Positions 35,815 to 40,658 of a DNA stretch of 40,658 bases are shown here, piece after piece (position 1 is the first letter of the stretch; the number at the start of each line of letters is the position of its first letter). The DNA lies in IMG/VR virus record IMGVR_UViG_3300030372_004077, positions 1 through 40,658 of that record; one strand, written 5' to 3'. The notes under the pieces are model-generated. The model had not been told where the DNA came from and ran no database searches. It was given only the letters and a program-made list of their open reading frames with translations. Source of the DNA: a virus (lineage: Duplodnaviria; Caudoviricetes). The position numbers were made by a program, and so were the translations under genes.

Positions 35815-36046
35815 TAAAGATAGTAATGTAGTATACTATACTGATAGAAGAAACGTATTAATAGAATCATTAAATGATTTAACAGACAAGGCGCAGGATG
35901 GTCGTATCCAGGCCGTTGCTGTTGTTGCTTTAACTAGTGTTGGTGATGTTGAGATCTTGGAGTCTTACAAGAACAACACCGACAGGATGGCTTTGATTGG
36001 GGCCACCCAAGTGTTGGCTCAGCACATTATGGCAGGGGGTGATTGA
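35807..36046 (+). CDS. Hypothetical protein (79 aa)
   Basis: GAGGA RBS; GRIQAVAVVAL...ALIGA pattern common in small phage proteins. Confidence 0.7.
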   Translation: MSNKDSNVVYYTDRRNVLIESLNDLTDKAQDGRIQAVAVVALTSVGDVEILESYKNNTDRMALIGATQVLAQHIMAGGD

Positions 36047-36447
36047 CTATGAGCGATAGGACACCTATCGATGAAATAGTAGAGCAATTCGGAGTTACCC
36101 CAGATGAAATTTTAAAGAGCTATCGCCATGAGATAGACAGGCTTGAGCTGCACTTAAGAGGTGCCAATAAAAGCATTGCTGAGTTAATGGCTAAAAAGTG
36201 CGAGCGATGTGAAAAAAGAGAGCCTTTAATTGGCAAGCTAAAAAGAGAAAAGGTTCATTACGATGGCCTTGTAAAAGCAGTGACAAAGTCAATGTATGGA
36301 TTAACTGACGAAGAGTTCTATAAGTTTATAGCCAAGATAACCCCAACCCTGCCCATTGGATATATTAACAAATACAAAAGAGAAAAGGCAGACGTTTTAA
36401 AAATGTACAAGGGCAGGCTTAGGAAGTACAGAGAGTTAAAGGATTAA
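36043..36447 (+). CDS. Hypothetical protein, last gene of the early arm (~134 aa)
   Basis: Coiled coil then CERC; probable start ATG 36048 region. Confidence 0.7.
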   Translation: MTMSDRTPIDEIVEQFGVTPDEILKSYRHEIDRLELHLRGANKSIAELMAKKCERCEKREPLIGKLKREKVHYDGLVKAVTKSMYGLTDEEFYKFIAKITPTLPIGYINKYKREKADVLKMYKGRLRKYRELKD

Positions 36448-36753
36448 CTACCACTTAACCTTATCTGCCCAGTAAGCAGCAGACATCTTGCCCTTGGCGA
36501 TGTTTTTTCCGTGTCTAGATTTAAATGATTTGCGTTTAGCTTTCATTTTAGCAGACTCTCCAGCCTTGGGCTTGCCTGCTGTCTTAGCGCCTTGCTCTCC
36601 AAAACGGATGGTTTTAATTTTATCCCCTTGCTTAGCAACAACAACGTGGCTTTTCTTGGGGTGATTGGGTGTTCGCTTTGGCTTATTATACCCAGAGACG
36701 CCTGCCCTTGTGAGCCTGGAGTCTTTCTTTTTGGCGGGTTTCTTTGTGGCCAT
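36448..36753 (-). CDS. Small very basic conserved viral protein (DUF5754-like pattern; 101 aa)
   Basis: KKSHVV...KTIRFG...RKSFKSRH...SAAYWA...W pattern; GGGAG RBS. Confidence 0.7.
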   Translation of the reverse strand: MATKKPAKKKDSRLTRAGVSGYNKPKRTPNHPKKSHVVVAKQGDKIKTIRFGEQGAKTAGKPKAGESAKMKAKRKSFKSRHGKNIAKGKMSAAYWADKVKW

Positions 36754-36754
36754 T

Positions 36755-37267
36755 CTAATCTCCCATACATGCTACTCTATAGCAGTATGCCACAGCGGAG
36801 ACGGCTTCGCTCTCAGTTTCTAAAGTAACATCCGAAACACAGCTTTCAATTTCTTGTAGAGACGAATCATTAACGCAGCCAACACCCCCAGCAGCCACAG
36901 AAGTTGTGCCTACTACACTTGCGATCCCCTTCAAAAGACACATGCCCAATCCTCGACCAGAGCAGGAGGCTGAACGGTTCACTAAACATTTTCCAAACTC
37001 TCCATAACCTTCGCCCCCGGAAGGTTTGTCGCACCCAGCAGTTGCCTGAGAGGCGCAGCCAAGTGAGGTGTGGAACGCGCAGTCAGAAACAGATACTGCT
37101 GCGTCCCGAAACGTCCTCTTCATTTGTTCCGTACATCCACACAAAGACATAACAAGACAAATAAAAAAAGTAGCAAGACAGACAGAGATAATTTTGATGG
37201 CGTCTGCAAAAGCTCCGTCATTCAGTACCTGGTCCTGCTGTTTGCTTTGCTGCTTCTTGTAAGACAT
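36755..37267 (-). CDS. Cys-rich exported/lipoprotein in the lysis cassette (spanin position; 170 aa)
   Basis: Hydrophobic segment ending LCGC (lipobox-like); 14 Cys; follows the endolysin and holin candidates. Confidence 0.6.
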   Translation of the reverse strand: MSYKKQQSKQQDQVLNDGAFADAIKIISVCLATFFICLVMSLCGCTEQMKRTFRDAAVSVSDCAFHTSLGCASQATAGCDKPSGGEGYGEFGKCLVNRSASCSGRGLGMCLLKGIASVVGTTSVAAGGVGCVNDSSLQEIESCVSDVTLETESEAVSAVAYCYRVACMGD

Positions 37268-37589
37268 GTATCACACTCTCTATGTGTTGGTGGTCTATCT
37301 GTCCTGACCCCATAAAACGGTTGAGAAGATTATCACCAAGCCCCAAAAACAAAGCAACCAAAACAATAAACACAATTGAAATAAGCGCTTGGCTGTTGCC
37401 GAGGATAGTTTCAAGAGTAGTCTTAGGCTTCGCAGCTTGTTCTCCAACCTTCTCAATCAACACATCCATCTTCTCATTTAAGATGACTAGTTGTCCGTTT
37501 AAGTTTAAAGCTTCTTTTTGGTTGTCTAGTATTTGGTTGAGGACTGACTGAGACTCCTCTCCGGCCAAACCGTTACCTGATTTAAGCAT
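37218..37589 (-). CDS. Single-TM protein with coiled coil; holin or inner-spanin candidate (start probably ATG 37589)
   Basis: ALISIVFIVLVALFLGLG transmembrane segment; overlaps the endolysin stop. Confidence 0.55.
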   Translation of the reverse strand: MLKSGNGLAGEESQSVLNQILDNQKEALNLNGQLVILNEKMDVLIEKVGEQAAKPKTTLETILGNSQALISIVFIVLVALFLGLGDNLLNRFMGSGQIDHQHIESVIHVLQEAAKQTAGPGTE

Positions 37590-38427
37590 TCTTATTACCC
37601 CCAACACATGAAGCTTTAATAATCTTAACCTGGTCTGATAGTACAGGATTGATATCGTTAGGCGCTACCATTATATCTTCTTTCTGAATTAGTCCAGCTC
37701 TAAAGAAGTTAAGGTAGGTGGGTTTAAAATCCGGGACAAGCTTGTCGAGTCCAAATTGTTCATGATTGCGGCCAGTTGACTTAACATACCCCCACGCCTG
37801 CTTAGTATTTTTAGGGTTTTTTCTTCCCGTACCAACCATAGCGCATCTTTTATTCTTGGGTATACCAGGGGAGCCGAACCTCTTCTTAAACTTATTTGCG
37901 ATAGTAGAAATTCTAGTTCCATAAATCATTGGCTCGTAATAGTCGAAATAAACCATCATCTCTTTTGTCACAGGAGCAGAGAAGCAGTTGGCGAATAGTT
38001 TAACGTCAGGGGCATGAAGCTTAAAGGTCTCGGCAAAAGCTATTGCATTTTCTTCGGGGTCGTCTGAGCCAGCCCATTGCTTCTCAGCATTCCAGTGGTA
38101 CGAAGCTATAGACAGCTCTTCGCATAGACCAGCAGCAGCCTCTGCCTCAACGCGAGCATCAGTCTCATTGGTGCAGTAGTGGAATCCCCAGCCATGAGCT
38201 TCCATGCCCAGAGAGTCTGCGTAAGCCACGATCTCTGCAGCATCCTTCTTTCGATAAGACTTACTGCCATCACAAATCTTTATAGATAAAGCATCAAAGC
38301 CCTGAATCATTAGGTCCCAGTCTTTATTCATCTGGCTCTTTATCCAGATAGTAAGGATGCACTTTGGCTGGTACTTTTTGCCAACCAAAAGCTTAAGCTT
38401 ATTGAGGGTTGAATTAAAAAAGCTCAT
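37582..38427 (-). CDS. Putative endolysin, glycoside-hydrolase TIM barrel (GH25-like; 281 aa)
   Basis: SIKICDG, GMEAHGWGFHY, EAEAAA, YHWNAE and EPMIY motifs; adjacent membrane proteins. Confidence 0.6.
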   Translation of the reverse strand: MSFFNSTLNKLKLLVGKKYQPKCILTIWIKSQMNKDWDLMIQGFDALSIKICDGSKSYRKKDAAEIVAYADSLGMEAHGWGFHYCTNETDARVEAEAAAGLCEELSIASYHWNAEKQWAGSDDPEENAIAFAETFKLHAPDVKLFANCFSAPVTKEMMVYFDYYEPMIYGTRISTIANKFKKRFGSPGIPKNKRCAMVGTGRKNPKNTKQAWGYVKSTGRNHEQFGLDKLVPDFKPTYLNFFRAGLIQKEDIMVAPNDINPVLSDQVKIIKASCVGGNKNA

Positions 38428-38885
38428 GACTTCTTCCTGGTTGTCTTTCTTTTAGCAGTTCTCTTCGCAGTAGACTTTCCGCGAACAGACTTGCTCGCCT
38501 TTGCAGCAGCCTTGGTATTCTTGACCACCTGCTTGCCCTTCTTAGAGCCAGCCACCTTCTTCTTGTCAGTCGCTTTCTTTTGAGCAGGGGTAAGTTTATC
38601 CCAAGCTTTCTTTGGAAGGTATCGTTTGGTGACGGTCTTGCCTGACTTTGTTTTCCTGATGGCTGGCTTCCCATCACTAGTCTGCCACTTCTCACCAGTC
38701 CACTTCTTAAGGCTCTTTTGCTTAGCCGTCTTCTTGCCCTTATAACCACCACCTGCTTTTTCGTAGGCAGCGGTAAGCATCTGAGCTTTACGAGCACTCC
38801 ACTGACCAGCCTTACCGCCCTTGGTCCCCGCCATGATGCGGTTCTTTATGCGAGTTCTCATTGCTGGTTTGGTGTAGTTGCTCAC
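38424..38885 (-). CDS. DUF5872-like basic protein (153 aa)
   Basis: GGKAGQWSARKAQ...YEKAGGGY...SLKKWTGEKWQT...RYLPKKAW signature. Confidence 0.8.
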   Translation of the reverse strand: MSNYTKPAMRTRIKNRIMAGTKGGKAGQWSARKAQMLTAAYEKAGGGYKGKKTAKQKSLKKWTGEKWQTSDGKPAIRKTKSGKTVTKRYLPKKAWDKLTPAQKKATDKKKVAGSKKGKQVVKNTKAAAKASKSVRGKSTAKRTAKRKTTRKKS

Positions 38886-39091
38886 TTCCCAACCTTCTTC
38901 ATGGCATGCTTATGAGACTGAGTAAACGACTTACCCTTCTTCATAGCATCAACCATACCCTTAAGGTGTTTAGCTGTATGATGCTTTGCATGTTTCTTCA
39001 TAGAAAGGCGCTGCCTAGTAGTAAGAGAAGACACATCAACACCCTTTACTTTATTAGGAGCTTTAACAGATGTTTTCTTTTTTACTGGCAT
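38882..39091 (-). CDS. Small Lys/His-rich protein (69 aa)
   Basis: KHAKHHTAKH...MKKGKSFTQSHKHAMKKVGK; overlaps both neighbours. Confidence 0.75.
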   Translation of the reverse strand: MPVKKKTSVKAPNKVKGVDVSSLTTRQRLSMKKHAKHHTAKHLKGMVDAMKKGKSFTQSHKHAMKKVGK

Positions 39092-39297
39092 TACTTTTTC
39101 TTTGCTGGTTTTTTGGCTGCCGCTTTTTTAGCTGGTGCCTTTTTAGCCTTAAGGTTAGCGATCTCTTCAGATAATGCTTTAATTAAAACAAGCATATCAT
39201 CAAACTTAGACTCAAGATCATCGAGACGAACATCAAATTCATCTACACCATCAAGAACCAACTTAACTGTTCTTTCTTTTCTTCCTGTCATTCCCAC
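39091..39297 (-). CDS. Coiled-coil protein with histone-H1-like PAKK tail (~68 aa)
   Basis: C-terminus KAKKAPAKKAAAKKPAKKK. Confidence 0.75.
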   Translation of the reverse strand: MGMTGRKERTVKLVLDGVDEFDVRLDDLESKFDDMLVLIKALSEEIANLKAKKAPAKKAAAKKPAKKK

Positions 39298-39299
39298 AA

Positions 39300-39731
39300 T
39301 TAAACTCCCGTATCTAAAATGTCACCATAGTTCCAAGCAGTAACGTAATAATTCAAGGTTCCAGAGTTTGAGGTGGAAACAAAAGTAAAATGAGTAAAGG
39401 GACCATAAATCTCTTCACCACCAACCCCACCTTTAGTTAAAGAAACACCAGCACCAAGTGAAGTAGCAGCAATCAATTCTTCTGCAACTCCCGATGGTCG
39501 ATGACCCATAACCTTAACTGTTCCAGTACCACTACCAGTATTATTAATCTGAACAAGCCAGTTAGTTTTAGAACCCCAGCCAATGAAATCAATTGATCCG
39601 CCAAATCTTAATTTAGGGTCACTAACAGATCCTATTGGAAAATCTAAAGTTTCATCAGTTCCTGTACTGTTTCCAGAACCCCAGTTTCCATCTCCAAGAT
39701 TAGAAACAAGTACTCTTAAATTAGATGCCAT
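39300..39731 (-). CDS. Gly/Thr/Ser-rich beta protein, possibly virion-associated (143 aa)
   Basis: GGAG RBS; beta-sandwich-like composition. Confidence 0.7.
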   Translation of the reverse strand: MASNLRVLVSNLGDGNWGSGNSTGTDETLDFPIGSVSDPKLRFGGSIDFIGWGSKTNWLVQINNTGSGTGTVKVMGHRPSGVAEELIAATSLGAGVSLTKGGVGGEEIYGPFTHFTFVSTSNSGTLNYYVTAWNYGDILDTGV

Positions 39732-39734
39732 TAC

Positions 39735-39902
39735 TTACTCCGGGTATTTGCCGTCTCCACCAGAGGTGGGGGCAGTGTGTTTATCTTTACCACCTTCGCC
39801 AGTGCTCATCTTCTCGCTGGAAGATTTTGCTCCAGGAGGAAGACCTGGGTCTTTGGTGGATGAATACTTTGGAAGACCATAATTCATGTCGTTATATGCC
39901 AT
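39735..39902 (-). CDS. 55-aa low-complexity protein (true start likely ATG 39902)
   Basis: MAYNDMNYGLPKYSST...; ATG directly follows the stop of 39904-40074. Confidence 0.6.
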   Translation of the reverse strand: MAYNDMNYGLPKYSSTKDPGLPPGAKSSSEKMSTGEGGKDKHTAPTSGGDGKYPE

Positions 39903-39903
39903 G

Positions 39904-40074
39904 CTAGTACCCCATGTTCTTTCGTTTCTTGTAGCCCATGTTACTGGAGTTACTCTTTTCAGATGTCGTAGCCTTTGCAGATGCAAGCTCTTTAGAGTTA
40001 GATGCTTTTGCAGCTGGTGTAAGCTCAGTGCTTGTGGCCTTAGCAAGGCCGTACTTCTTATCATAATCTGGCAT
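39904..40074 (-). CDS. 56-aa repeat-containing protein (not in ORF track)
   Basis: MPDYDKKYGLAKATSTELTPAAKASNSKELASAKATTSEKSNSSNMGYKKRKNMGY; AAGGAG RBS. Confidence 0.65.
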   Translation of the reverse strand: MPDYDKKYGLAKATSTELTPAAKASNSKELASAKATTSEKSNSSNMGYKKRKNMGY

Positions 40075-40112
40075 GACTGTCTCCTTTTGACATTATTATT
40101 AATGGAAAAGAT

Positions 40113-40658
40113 TTAATTTTCCAACATGTTTGTTTGGCCTGTATCGTAGCCTTCTTGATAAAAGTAATCTAACAGGTTTTTGTACGAGGCTTCAAACTCT
40201 GGGGTTTCAGGCCTGTTCTTTAGCATGCCTCTCATTAACGTTACAATCTGTCGCCTCATGCGAATGCCATCTGCTGCTCTTTTTTGTTTAAATATATTGT
40301 CAGCTCTTTCTATTTTTCTAATGGCATTAAGGGCTCTATCTCTTTTTATTTTTAATTTTAATTTACTTTTTTTGTCAGTAAGGCTGCCGTCAGTCATCCC
40401 GTAAACCTTTACTGCGTCAAGCAAATCTTTCATTTTCTTTTGGCCTACATTGTTAAAGTTTTGTTTATAGGCTCTTAGGTCTTTAACCTTCATTGCTAAA
40501 CCAAGGGCATTCGAGTAAGCCGCTTCTTTTGATGCATCTTGGCCAGCAAAAGGTGTGCCTGAATTAGCTGAAATTCCTTTTGCTATAGCGCGAGCATCAG
40601 AGGAGATAAACGTCAATACAGATAACAAGGACTCGGAGATAGCCCCAAAGAACCCTCC
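40113..40658 (-). CDS. C-terminal end of the giant ejection protein (continuation of 1-6875)
   Basis: Same frame and peptide as bases 1-194; stop TAA at 40113-40115. Confidence 0.85.
   Translation of the reverse strand, partial: GGFFGAISESLLSVLTFISSDARAIAKGISANSGTPFAGQDASKEAAYSNALGLAMKVKDLRAYKQNFNNVGQKKMKDLLDAVKVYGMTDGSLTDKKSKLKLKIKRDRALNAIRKIERADNIFKQKRAADGIRMRRQIVTLMRGMLKNRPETPEFEASYKNLLDYFYQEGYDTGQTNMLEN
40465..40658. repeat. Terminal direct repeat, copy 2
   Basis: Matches 1-194 with 6 substitutions. Confidence 0.97.

Noticed and set aside
39735-40064. 109-aa ORF as called in the track
   Set aside because: Better explained as two genes (39904-40074 with a strong RBS, and 39735-39902).
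1-40658. Alternative genetic code, integrase/repressor module, tRNAs or DGR
   Set aside because: Genes are intact in the standard code with all three stops used; no recombinase, CI-like, tRNA or RT signature was recognised by eye.

Overview
The window is very probably a complete, circularly closed tailed-phage genome with a unit length of about 40,464 bp; bases 1-194 recur at 40465-40658 with 6 substitutions, all synonymous. It has two divergent arms meeting at a ~1 kb non-coding hub (24079-25069). The minus arm is a podovirus-like morphogenesis module: terS/terL, portal, scaffold, major capsid, two decoration-like proteins, adaptor, nozzle and ejection-type proteins. It includes a ~2408-aa giant that crosses the contig ends and is missing from the ORF track, and it continues into small basic proteins and a lysis cassette. 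The plus arm holds many small early genes, a GP88-like protein, an RHH protein, a PD-(D/E)XK exonuclease, a putative annealing protein, an Hc1-like protein, SSB, an initiator-like protein, a DnaB-type helicase and a RusA-like resolvase. I recognised no DNA or RNA polymerase, integrase, tRNA or CRISPR array. The most unusual signals are non-coding. (i) The hub has three consensus sigma54 (-24/-12) promoters with IHF-like sites and enhancer-like repeats, yet no phage-encoded activator is visible. (ii) The first early gene encodes a lambda-N-like arginine-rich protein, is preceded by a GNRA hairpin and an rrn-type boxA, and is enclosed by a perfect 17-bp inverted repeat followed by a T9 tract. 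(iii) A ~210-nt run of eight hairpins lies upstream of the Hc1-like/ssb genes. Protein family calls are from motif recognition and synteny only; no searches were run.
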